Of a stretch of DNA of 64,000 nt, positions 38,661-50,800 are shown in pieces. Below the pieces are notes generated by a model. The model was not told where the DNA came from. It did no database searches and saw nothing but the letters and a program-made list of their open reading frames with translations. Within the stretch, counting starts at the first letter, position 1; each line of letters begins with the position of its first letter. The position numbers and the translations under genes were made by a program. The stretch comes from Mytilus californianus (taxonomy: Eukaryota): positions 64,232,001 to 64,296,000 of the forward strand of contig NW_026262690.1 of assembly GCF_021869535.1 (NCBI RefSeq), written 5' to 3'.

Positions 38661-41600
38661 TTGTGTTTTCAAAATATATTTATGAGTTTTGATAACTGTA
38701 AACTATTGTTGCCTCCTACTCAAAAAATTGAAAACAACACGTTCAATAATTCAATGCGTCCGAAGCGCCCCTCTGGGCCCACCCTCATCAGGAACGCCCA
38801 AAACCAAACATCCGAAATCAGGGGATGTACAAATACCAAAACAGCTGAAGAGCCAGACGACAAAAATACCCAAAAGAAATAGCCAAATCCATCCAAGGTC
38901 AACGACCTAAAATACGACCAAATACAAGTAAGTAAAGATTATTCTTAAAGATGAACTTTTGAAACTGATATGACACACACTCAAACAAAAGCAAGAGGTA
39001 AATGCATTTAAGTTATTATTTATCCAGAGATACTTGTGAATGTTTATTTTATGTTGAAATTGCAAATAAAGGGTCTTGAATATTGTTTTTCAATTTGATC
39101 GAATGATTCTAGAAAATTGCAGTGTTACCTTTTCAATTTAACCATGCCTAAATAGTAATTAAGTTCGTGTAAAATCAAAAAACAGAAATATCGCTATCAT
39201 TGTACAATAAGTAAAAAACATGAATGGAACAGCAAAAGGAGTGTTCGATAGACATAAGAACTAAATAAATGGATTCTATTTAAGCCAAAATAAATAGTCA
39301 ACCTACACATCATTTATTTTCATTATAATAATTCAAAAAGATTACTTATTTAGATGTGTTCGACGTCAATGTTTTTTTGTGAAATATTCAGACATCTTAA
39401 GTCAATGAATTTGCACATAAGTCTTAGGAAAACCTGAATTGTCATTTGGAATTTCGTTAACTAGGAATTTCTAGATGTCAACAATTCATTGTAAAAACGA
39501 ACAATAATAATTATAATAGTCAAGGATACACAAAATAACTGTTGATTATCATTTTTCGTGTTTAGGGAGTAAAAATAGATAATTCTGAACCTTTTATAAA
39601 TTAATATTTCCATTCCTATTCCTATTTCTATATTTTTACTCGACCATTCTGAGATTCCAAATATTCATCTACATTGTTCACTAGCGTATCAACGCTGAGG
39701 TTTGCGTTCGAGTGCTGAAAGTGGCGTTTAACATTAATAAATATATCAATATGTTAGCAAAGAAGGTTTTTTTTATGTCTTATGTTTTCTGTTTTTATCC
39801 CTTTATCATTTTTTTTTAAATTCAAAACAACACATTTAGCTTTAATTTCAGTTAGTCAATTTCATTGCAAATAAACAAATATGTAAAGCGAGAGTATACA
39901 TTATGATACAGGTAAATTTTCAAACGAATTCAATCTCGGATGCAGTTGTTGATTACAATATTAAAAATATGAAAACTTGAAAGAGTAGGAAAACTTTGAA
40001 TTGGTAACATAACACAGCATACATAAAACATTGTAATGGTATTCATATGTTTGTTGTCTTTTTTATCGAAAAAAAAATAGCCTATAAATACCTTTTTTCA
40101 ATCCAGAGATATCAATAATTAGCCAAAAACATAAAATTCGGTTGATAAATAGAATTTAAATAACCAAAATATCTATTAAAATTTTATTATATGATAGTAT
40201 CTAATAAATATAAAGTACCATTGAGCATTACAAATGGTTAACATTCAAGAGGAATGATAAGTTCATACAAAGTTACTCGGGCAATAAACATTATATCTTC
40301 AACATACATTGTCTGACATGGAAAAAAGGATAGAAAATACCAAGGGAACAATTTCAAACCAGTAGTCGCAAAAGACAGACAAACCCATGACAAAAACCAC
40401 AACAGTTTAAGACTCTACACAGAAAATGAAACATGAACAGCATTTTAAAGAAGGCTGAACTCAGCAGTTTCTGTCCTGCAATGAGAATTATTTGAAATAT
40501 AATATTTGTTCTTTATATGAACCATTAACCTTTTTGATATGTGAACTTTGACATTAGTGCCTGTACCAAGTCAGGTTATGGCAGTTGTTTTTACGCATAT
40601 GCGTTCCTTTGGTTGATATATCCTAAAGTTGGATGTTGTCATGGTTCCCCGTTTTGAATTTACCCTGTAGTTCACCTAGAAAGCACCTTGTTCCTAATGT
40701 GCATAGAACATTTGTGTTATCAAACGCTTTTGAAAATTTCCAAATGCAGCTGAAAGAGGTAACACATTTTATCTGTTTTTCTTTTAAATGGAAATGAACA
40801 TAACTAGAGAACACTCACATTTTAACCAGCCATTAGAACACATTAACACATAAATCTGCAATATCGCCGATAAGAATTCTAAATTGAGAACTGTTTAAAT
40901 TTTACTGAATGCAAATACATCAAATAACAATTTTGAAAAAAACTATAAAAAATACATTGTTCTATCAATATGTATATTCAGCCTTAAACCATGTCAAAAA
41001 CCAATTAATAAAATCCAATTTATGAAAATATCTGTCAACTGTTACACTTTTGCCGTTGAATAAAAAGAATATTTAAATACTTCCACTTTTATTATATCCA
41101 AAAACTTGACGCATTTAAATGTATATCACTACATTCCAACTAGCACTGTAATTACGCTCACAATTGTGTACAAAGAACACTTGCTTATAAAAAATTACAT
41201 CAAATTTACTCCGAACTACGCTATTCGAGGCACTGGTTTTGAAATGAAAAAAAGCAAAATGTTTCATGCTTTTTATATAGAGGAAATGAAGTTGCTTATT
41301 ATAGCAACTGTATATCCCATATGCTCCAAATCTTGACAATGTACTACCACCTGAACGCCTCATATTACTGCAATTATAATATCTCTGCAGGGAATAGATT
41401 CTTTTGTTCAAAATCAAAACAATAAATATGATACCTTTCTGTTGGCCTAATGTGTATATATTTTTCAAAACAAAGGCGAGTTTACAATGCATATTTACCC
41501 CCATAAAGATTGAAGAGTGTGCCGAAATGAATGAGCTGGAATATTTAGAGTACACATTTTTTGTATCAATGTATTGTTTATAAAAATTATAAAATCTGTG

Positions 41601-42457
41601 TAAAGGACACTTATGTCCTGAGTTCTATAAAATAGCTGTTCATGTATATTATTTCGTCCAAAGATTCCTCGTGGGTCTGTATATGGTCAATGACTATGTA
41701 AATATCCGATCCTATCCAATTCTTAACTATGTCCAATAGTAATCAATTGTCTCGGCTATAGTCATTTTATATTTGTGGTCACTTTTAACCTTATGGAAGT
41801 ATGATAAAAAGTTATTCTTTACTCGATCTTAAACTGTTATCTAGTTTCCCTTGATGGTGTCAACTAGAACTAATCTGAATAGTTCTATGAAAGATTATTT
41901 TGACAGTTCTTGAGAGAGGTAGAACTTTCTAAACTATATCTGTTATTCACTTTTCCAAAAGGAAATACATAAATCTATCTTTTCAAATATCTTACTAAAA
42001 TGTAATTACAATTTGCAAGAGTTGTCTCTTTGGTCAACAAAATGTAAAATGCGATGACCCACTGATGGCGTTAATTAAACATGAGTTACAAAGGTTTACT
42101 AACAATATAAGAATAATGTAGACGTGATATGATTGCCAATGACACAACTATCCACCTGGGGACCAAAGGATAAGGATATAAATAATTAAAATAGTCATAC
42201 CGTACAGTAAGCAAAGTCAGTTATTAAATAATATTCCTATTTGTTATTCCTGTTTTCTCTGTATTAACTGTGTACTGATAACGTATAGTATTTTTCTGTG
42301 TAGAGTTTAAAAACTATCAAATATCAAAACAAAACAACAACAAAAAAACAACATCAGAATATTCAATAACATGAAGTTAACAAAGTTTTTTTTTTCTTTT
42401 TAACTTCAATGAGATAAAAAGGGCTAAAAATAAAACAAGAATAAAGTTTCGTATTTC

Positions 42458-42612
42458 AACCACAAGCAGCGATAGAGTCACCTTGGTTGTAATACTTGGG
42501 GGTAAATTTGATCACCCAGTATTGACAGTTTTTAACAACGGAATCTTCACTTTGCAGGAGATCTTAATTAACAATGGATTTACCCAGGCAAACGACTCGG
42601 TATTTATAAAAG
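42458..42612 (+). promoter_or_regulatory. g6 core promoter (TATAAAAG at 42605)
   Basis: AACCACAAGCAG, TTGGGGGT, GCAGGAGAT and AACAATGG motifs, with the TATA box 87 nt before the ATG. Confidence 0.65.
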
Positions 42613-42691
42613 AGCTGAAGATTTTACATTCTGGCATAACACTTTTTCTACTTACTTTAACGTTTAAAGATTTGAAAAGAGATCGGAAAGA

Positions 42692-43462
42692 ATGGTTTGC
42701 TACCAGAATACTGTTTCCTGTGAAATTATTGGTGACGGAATGGTTGGCAAGACATGCCTTACTAAAAGATTTGCCGGAAGCCAGTTCTCTGATAAATATG
42801 TGGCTACAATTGCAGAAACAACCAGTGGATCTGTGTCTGCTTATGGTGACAAATACAGTTTGAATATTCATGAGGTAAAAATTGATTTGTTACATAGTAT
42901 TTTATAAGAATCTTTTCAATTCTCTATAAATAGAACTTGATATTTATTTAGATTTAATTAAATTAAGCGGAATATTCAATTTTATTTACACAAACATAAA
43001 TTACAAACATGCCTTTAGAGTATAAATGAAATAAATTGAAGATATTTTATTTTTTCGTTTACTTATCATTCTTTCATTTTATCTTTTCAGCAAGAGGAAA
43101 AATCAACAAGATTACAATCAATTACAGACGCTGACGTTATCATTGTATGCTATAGTTCAGTTGACAGGGAATCATTTGAGAATGCCAAATCCGTCTGGGT
43201 TCCAGAGGTTAGAAAACTTCACAAGAAAAAGCCGATTGTTTTAGTGGCAACTCAAAGTGACATTCGTAATGAAAATAACATTGATCACGTTTCCGACATT
43301 GAGGGACAGAATTTAATGAAATCAATAAATGCTGAATACTACAACAAATGTTCTTCCGCTACTAATGACGGAGTCAAAAATGTCTTTGAAAGTGTTGTTT
43401 GTGCCGTCATTAGATACCGCAAGAAGAAGACAAATGTACTGAAACGAGTTTTCGCACGATGA
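42692..43462 (+). CDS. g6: older, diverged G3-less Rho-like GTPase paralogue (184 aa; exons 42692-42874, 43091-43462)
   Basis: Donor GAG|GTAAAA at 42874 and acceptor TTTCAG|CAA at 43090. The junction reads LNIHE|QEEKSTR. The ORF is intact and the 3' UTR is unrelated to that of g1-g5. Confidence 0.92.
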
Positions 43463-44700
43463 AAAACTGCAGAATTCTCTCCCCCCAGAGTTGAATAACA
43501 TAAATATGAACAGAAATCAGTATGAAGATAGATTGAAGCTTGATAATTCAAATCCTCTTCTGTATGCATTGTACTACCGGCGTACATTTGCAATACGAAG
43601 CAGAGTGCATAGATGAAGTCGATACTACCATACTATTGAAATATGCGCACAGTGACAATTATATAGATCATTACGCCGTAATGGATCAAATTCGAACAAA
43701 CATTGTGAAATAAATAAGACATGATGAACTTTAGTATAACAATTGACACTTACAACGATTGTCAGCTGTCTGAAACTGACACTGATGATGTTTTATGAAT
43801 ATTGAATATTGCATGACAAACAGAACTCTTTCAAATTATAATCGAAGTGACAATGAATTGAATATGTAAAAAAATATAATGTATCAATTGTTTACGTATA
43901 ATGAATATTAAAAAAAATTAGAAGTACATATAGTGTTTTTATTTATAAAAATATATGATAATTATGTCAATTTGTAAATTAGATTCGCAAAAAAACATCA
44001 AAGTAACATACACGTACAAACTCTTAAAGATTAAAACTTTAGTAATGCAAATCTAAATACAGATATTACATTCTCAAAAAGACAGATTTAAATATGACTT
44101 AAACAACCAGTTAGTTGTCCTTTGTTTTTGTGGGTTTTTTTTTTTTTTTTTTTGGTGTACTAAAATAACTTAAAGTACACTGTCACCAAATTCTTTCTCG
44201 CAAATAACTTACAAAACAGGTTGTTTTACAACGCATGTGATGTAACTGAGATAAAAAAAACTGTTAAACCTACATAACAAGTCAATACTTCTAAAGCTTA
44301 CTAAAACAAATGTTCATCACAATTACCAGCAGGTGACTTACAGCGGTTTTTAGCTTTTCGGTTTAAGTTCCTTCTTTATTGTTTTTTTTTCTGTTTGCAT
44401 TCTTAATTTTAAATTTTACAAAATTTCCACGTAGGTTATAAATTGTGTATATCTTGATTTTTGTTTTATACATTACCTTTACGGACATTTACAGTTAAGC
44501 ATCAATAAGGAACAATACAACTTTGTGGCCCGTTTTATATAAAAAAAAATAAGCTTAGAACTCATCACATTTTTTTGGCAAGGAATCTCATGGTGTAGTC
44601 TCTTACTTCTTATCTAACATAAGACTTGAACGTCCAAGTTTAAATAGAGATTGACTTCATTCCTTATAATACATGTTTGGACCTATTGAGTGCTATTATA

Positions 44701-44842
44701 TAAATAACACATAGCTGAGAGGGGGATAGAGAAGATTGTTACCCCGAGAAAACATTGTCAACTTAGGCGAAGCCAAGGTTGACAATTACCTTTTCGAGGG
44801 GTAACAATCTGCTCTATCTCCCTCTCAGATATGTGCTATTTA
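44701..44842. repeat. ~142-bp imperfect hairpin centred on GGC-GAA-GCC (palindromic MITE-like repeat)
   Basis: Arms TAAATAACACATAGCTGAGAGGGGGATAGAG..GATTGTTACCCC and GGGGTAACAATC..CTCTATCTCCCTCTCAGATATGTGCTATTTA pair as a stem. Confidence 0.85.
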
Positions 44843-45587
44843 ATTTATTATACTGAATTTTCTGTTTTTACTGTCTATTAAATTTCAAATTCAAAGTAAT
44901 AAACTATGACGTCTTGTACATAACAACCGTCCGTATTTAATAAAGCGCACACTTGATCAAGCGTCTCCGTGAAGGGTAATAGAGTATTTACTATAGGGTA
45001 GAGTAAATTGTCTCCCTCGTATTAACCAATCAAAATCTGGCATTTTGACATGAAGTATAATAAATTCATTTATCAAATGCGAACATTGTCCAGTTTTGAA
45101 AATGTAATAAAACTGACGACGAATTGCATTTATCAAAATTATCACTGTTAAATAACGTTTCCAAAAGATAGGCGAAAGATACCAAAGGGACATTCAAACT
45201 CATGAGTCGAAAATAAACTGATAACACCATGGCTATAAAAGAAAAAGACAAACAAAGTCCCATATCAACCCATCCGTCCTGTTTTTAAGTGGCGGCGCTG
45301 ATATTAGGTTATCAACCAGAGCGTTGACGTTTAGTAGAAGCATGTGATAAACAATTTAATATCTGATATTTTGCATATCGGTCCGGATATTATCCCGAGA
45401 CTCCCATATTAGCCCACGGCGATTTCCTATATGGAAAATGTTTAATCTGTATACACAACTTTTTTTTACATGCAATAAAGATAATTTCAAATTTGATTAA
45501 TTCTTTCAAACTTCTTAAAAAAACTAATGTTTTTCTAATTAACACCTTGCTCCAAAATAAGGACAAGCAGGGAGTCTAAATTTTCAT

Positions 45588-45752
45588 GTCCACAAGCAGG
45601 CACTACGACATACTGGCTAGAAACTCCAGGGGGTTACTATATACAATGTATATTGACAAGATAAAACAATAGAAAATAATGTGATTTCACTTAGCAGGAG
45701 ATTTTTGTAAACAATAGAGTTCAATCAGGCAATTAGTAATTGTATATAAAAA
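45588..45752 (+). promoter_or_regulatory. g7 core promoter (TATATAAAAA at 45743)
   Basis: CCACAAGCAG, CTCCAGGGGG, GCAGGAGAT and GTAAACAATAG occur in the same order as in the paralogues. Confidence 0.6.
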
Positions 45753-45820
45753 GTTTAAATTAATAGCTGATAATCATTATTGTCATAGCCTTGTTAATAA
45801 ACGCTTATCGAGAAGTCAAG

Positions 45821-46538
45821 ATGGTTTGCTTCAGTCATGATGTATCTTGCACAATTGTTGGTGATGGACTTATAGGTAAAACATGCATGGCCAAAGCATT
45901 TGCTGGTGACTCGTTCCCTGATTGTTATGTAGCTACTGTAGCCGAGAGCTATACAGGTTATGTATCTGCTTACGGTGACCTGTACAGTGTGGATATAAAA
46001 GATACAAATGGTCAGGTATGAATTTTCTTAATTTTACACGGATTTTTTTTTATTGAAATTTTTATAAAATTAAAACCGGAGTCAATTGAATTTTAATACG
46101 GTATACATATGTTTGCTCCTTTTAAAACGCAATATTATACTTTTTTCAAATTTTTTTTCTATGCAGCATGAAGATGAAAACACTCGATCACAAATGATTT
46201 CTGATACTGATGTCATTATCGTCTGCTATAGTGTAGTAGAGAGAGAAACTTTTAACAATGTGCAGTCATTCTGGATACAAGAAATTCGTAAATTCAACAA
46301 AAGGAGGCCAGTTATCTTAGTGGCAACCCAGAGTGACATTCGTGATGAAGATAACATTCAACATGTTTCTGACTTAGAAGGACAACACATGACCAAACTT
46401 ATCGGTGCTGAATATTATAATAAATGTTCAGCTGCTGCACAAACCGGAATGAAAAATGTTTTAGAAAGTGTTGTTTTAGCTTCAATTAAATACAGAAAGA
46501 AGACAGCAAGCATTTTAAAACGTGTTTTCGGACGATGA
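45821..46538 (+). CDS. g7: atypical Rho-like GTPase retaining G3 as DTNGQ (188 aa; exons 45821-46015, 46167-46538)
   Basis: Motifs GDGLIGKT, YVATV, DTNGQ, VATQSD, KCSA. Donor CAG|GTATGA, acceptor TGCAG|CAT. Ends KRVFGR* with no CAAX. Confidence 0.92.
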
Positions 46539-47611
46539 ACACGGATTTATCACAGCCAAGGGATAAAATACCATAAAACGATATCCTTACGCGCAGCTCC
46601 TTTAACCTCGCTTTGAGAAAAGATTATCAATTGAACCTGCAATGTTCAACCGTTGTGCATTCATAGCACAAGTAAAAGGTGAGAAGATACGAACTATATA
46701 TGTGTTAGGACAGTGTTTCAGAGCAAACTAGTTAACGTTGATAATAAACTCTAAGGTAAATAACAGAACGTATTATAAAATAATGGGATATAAGATAAAG
46801 GTGTTAGAAACATGTGTTTAATTAAAAAGATTTGGAAATACAGTATTAAACTTCTGTCTTTCTAGAACTCCAGCAACGGACTGCCTAATAATAACATCCG
46901 AATAAGTTGTTTCCGGTCCGTGTGGGCTTGTATTGTCATGTTCAATGTACATGTAGATTTTGCAACAAAGATTATTTATACGTTTACAGTATTTACTAAT
47001 GTACAACATGATAAAATATCAATATAAGTGTTGACAGGATTTAATATCATATCGATTATGGTTATTTTATTATTTGAAAAAAGGGAATAACACGTTCATT
47101 AATTAAATGGAGAATACCAAAGAAAAATTTAAAAAAAACATAAGTCGCAGAAAACAGACGAAACCATGGTTTCTTATTTATTAACAATGTTTGTTTGTCC
47201 GGCTTGCACTTATTTGTTATATATTTTTATCATACCACATTTATCTATACTAATATAGATACTACGAGTAGAAAAGGAAATGTTCTACTTGAATGGAACA
47301 CTTATCCTGCCATACTGGATACTTGATATCATACGCAAAACTTTATAATAACTATTCTAATTTTATTAACAAACTAATATACTAAGACACCATTGTATAC
47401 ACAGTATACTAGTATCATATTCACAATCAGTTCTAAATCTATTATACGGAATACATATGAAAATAAAAATAAATGTATTATTTGGCTTTCTAGGGGGCTA
47501 CTCATTAAAACTTACAATAATACTAATTAAAATAATCAAATCAAAAACATTACCTACTCAACATAATTTTAAATTAATTAAAAAATAAAATGCCTAAATT
47601 ATGCAATTTTA

Positions 47612-47829
47612 AGAACCTGCAGTAGAGCCCTGACAGGTGAAAAATTTATTTTAGAACCTGACTGGTAGAACCCAGACAGGTATAAATTTGAAAAATGAGA
47701 ATACCTGCGGTAGATCCCAACAGGTACTTTTAGAACCTGAGTGGTAGAGCCCAGACAAGTATGAATTTTGAAAACTGAGAATTCCTGCGGTAGATCCCAA
47801 CAGGTACTTTTAGAACCTGAGTGGTAGAG
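47612..47829. repeat. Minisatellite of ~80-bp period built from ACCTG..GTAGA.CCC..CAGGT hairpin subunits
   Basis: TAGAACCTGA recurs at 47652, 47731 and 47811. Confidence 0.85.
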
Positions 47830-50800
47830 TCTTTTAATTTTATATTACTTTCTACTTTTGTATTCTTAAACCTGGTTTAACGCAACACTTTGAGTTTTCA
47901 GGGTGGAATGTGACAAGCGTTGTCCTGTAAGAACATAATTTATAGCGTTGTTTAAATGTTTGTTTTCTGTCTTACATCGCCTCATCACTTTATATAAAAT
48001 CAGTTCAAGCGCAATACTATGCTTGAATCTAAGGGTCTAAATTGAAACATGATCTTTTATTTTATTTTTCTGTTTGCATAACCAATGCAAGATCATCCAA
48101 TGCATGACTTGTGTTGATTAGACAGTGATATTAAATACTTTTTAAAAGCTGTTTATACGGAAGGTGATTTGGCATAGCAGTTTGTTGAGCATGATTTGAT
48201 ACACGAGAAACAAAACGCAGACTTTAAATATGAAATGCACGACAAAAACTATACTACCTATCGATAATGGAAAAATACGTACCATATTCTTTCAAAAATC
48301 GGAAAAATGAGACATGATGAAAATAAAAGAAAAAAAAGAAAGATCATGTCTTCGAAATCGCAAGGAGTTAAATGTTCCGATTGAATGTTATGCGATACAC
48401 AGAAGTAATGTAATGCATTAAATTAATCTACATGCAAATTTAACTGACATTTATTTTACTGAAACAATCTTATTGTAATAAATTAACGTAAAGTGTTCGC
48501 TATTTTGATGTTTGTGAGAAAAAAGATCCATACTTCCTTTCATTTAAGATATTTCAGGACTATTCATGTATTTTGAAAGTACAAATTATTACAAAATTTA
48601 CATGAAGAAAGCTCAGTGACCCTGTTGATGTTTACACTAAAATATTTAAAAGAATATTAATGACATTGCTGATTTTTAACTTAAATTCATTCATAAAAAA
48701 AATTGAGATAATGTGCAGTTCATGATCTGTCAGCTTGTCTAAAATTTCAACCTACTGTCATTACAAAAAGGAGATGTGGGGTATACGTCAATATGTCACC
48801 AACCCAACGACACAAATAACCAATTTAAAAGAAATCTAGGTCAACATATAGTCTTAAAAAATTGACACAATCTCTTACAAAATATGAAAAGCTATAAACC
48901 ACAAAGAATAGTTTAAACAAATTAAACAAAAACTTTCAATTCAATCAACATCAAATACTAAAAAAAAATCATGCTTATTAGTTTTCAAATGTAAAGTTGG
49001 TCTATTTGTTTACTAGTCTTATGCATGTTCTGTCTGAAATGCATTATAACATATACATACTCAGCAATATTATTTAGGAACGCGTACGTATTTTGTTATG
49101 TAAAAGGTCATTCCAATGTTAGATATGATCAGCCTTGACAAGAGAAACATCATAAATAAACAACGGGATCAAAAGATATATAATTTGAGGTCAGGATAGG
49201 GTTTTAAATAGCAGATATTGTTCTAATAACCCAAGAAGGTCGATATTTAATTCTGCTACAAGAGATATTGTTATTTTACTGAAATAACTATTTTATGTCT
49301 TCAACACAGGAACAAAAATTAACCATTACCGCATGGTTTTGACATATACAATTAATATTTTTGCAAACCTGTTTATCAAACTTCTTTAGACAAAATCAAT
49401 AAACGAACTACCCATGAGTCTAAATAGACTATGCAAAATTCGATAGAACGCATTTGAAGACCTGCTCATTAAACAAGACACAAAGTACACCAAACCGTAA
49501 AAGATAAAAAAGTTATAAAAATATATCGGTAATATAAATGTTAGTCCATGAATTGAATAAGGAACAATTGCCAGATATTCGACCGATTTTGCACACGTAC
49601 AATGGTCTGTTGAACAATATATTTATTTTTTCCTACCAAAATAAAATGATGTTTCACATGGTTTTACAGTACCAGAACATAGATATTGTTATACGATTAA
49701 AAGCCAAAACCTTTATTCTTTTTGCTTGCCCAGTTTGTTTCAAAGGGCATTCTTGTTTTTCTATGGGATAAGAATGTCTATGGAAATCTTATTCAGCATC
49801 GTACACACGTACGCCATACTGATGCTGCATTCGAAATCACGCATTTCGTATTTGAACTTTAAACATTTTGAATGGCACAGCCTTGAACGTTGTTAGTATG
49901 ATCAAGAGGTGATAACACCAAGGACATTGGTTATAATGACCAAAACAAGTATCTTTAACAGCATGTAGCGTTTATAAATATCTCAACTACAAAAGGAAAA
50001 AATTGATGATCATCATAAGTGACAGATTTATCCCTTGTTTGCCGTCATCTGTACTAGATGAGTACTATATATACAAGGTTACTGACCAGTAAAAATTGTG
50101 GAACAGTTTCAGTCCAGCTATAATAATAAATTCTATTTGATTCTTCTTTGCAATACAAGATTTAAAAAATACCTCTTTTATAATATTAGATCTGATTCTT
50201 TTGATATTCTAAAATAACCTTGACAAATGAAACATGTTAGTAGCATTATCTCTTATTGATTTAAACGAATGCACCCTTCTCAAACATCGAATGAATCATA
50301 ATGAAATAGTGAAAATATATGGCTCAAGTCCTTTCACACTGATTGTAACAAGTGTTTTTTGTTTTCCTTATATTGTGCTGTTCCACTGTCCCTGTTTAAG
50401 AGGACAACCAGGTTAAACATCGACACATTCTTTTTGTGTATGTCCCAAGTAAACAAGTGGATTTTGCAGTTTGCATTCTGTCATAAATTGTTTTTGTTTT
50501 TTTGGTTTTTTTTTATCATTTGAATTGTTTCAAATGTTATCTTGCCGGTGCCTTTTATATATCTTGCTGTACGGTAACGGGTTTTCTAGTTGTTTTTAAG
50601 ACCGAACGATGACCTGTTGTTGTTTTCTTCCCAACCCTTTTGTCTCTGGTAGATAAATGTCTAGTTGGTAACCATACCACATCGCCTTCCTTTCACAGAA
50701 ACACTTATCTATAAATATATCAGCAATGCCTAAGACAAACATGCTGCTAACACAAAGCAATGTGACAAAAGAAATAATTATATACATGAAGGGGAAGAAA

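Noticed and set aside
39690-39740. Separate small RNA gene
   Set aside because: It is a short internally deleted remnant of the SINE family seen at 365-629 (CAACGCTGAGG..TTCGA..TGAAAGTGGCGTTTAAC).
41115-41555. 146-aa minus-strand ORF (and 15173-15379) as a gene shared by the units
   Set aside because: The frame is broken by non-triplet indels on both sides of a short core when the four homologous blocks are compared, and no domain is recognisable.
42483-42871. ORFs 42483-42863, 42512-42871, 32904-33098, 8980-9198 and 36765-36959
   Set aside because: They are alternative-frame or antisense shadows of the Rho-like exon 1 sequences.
45791-46166. TTG-started extensions of g7 (45791) and its exon 2 (46086)
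   Set aside because: Homology with the paralogues places the start at ATG 45821 and the acceptor at 46166/46167. The extensions are leader or intron sequence.
47612-47829. CRISPR-like repeat-spacer array
   Set aside because: The inter-repeat segments are themselves repeated (80-bp period), the context is eukaryotic, and there are no cas genes.
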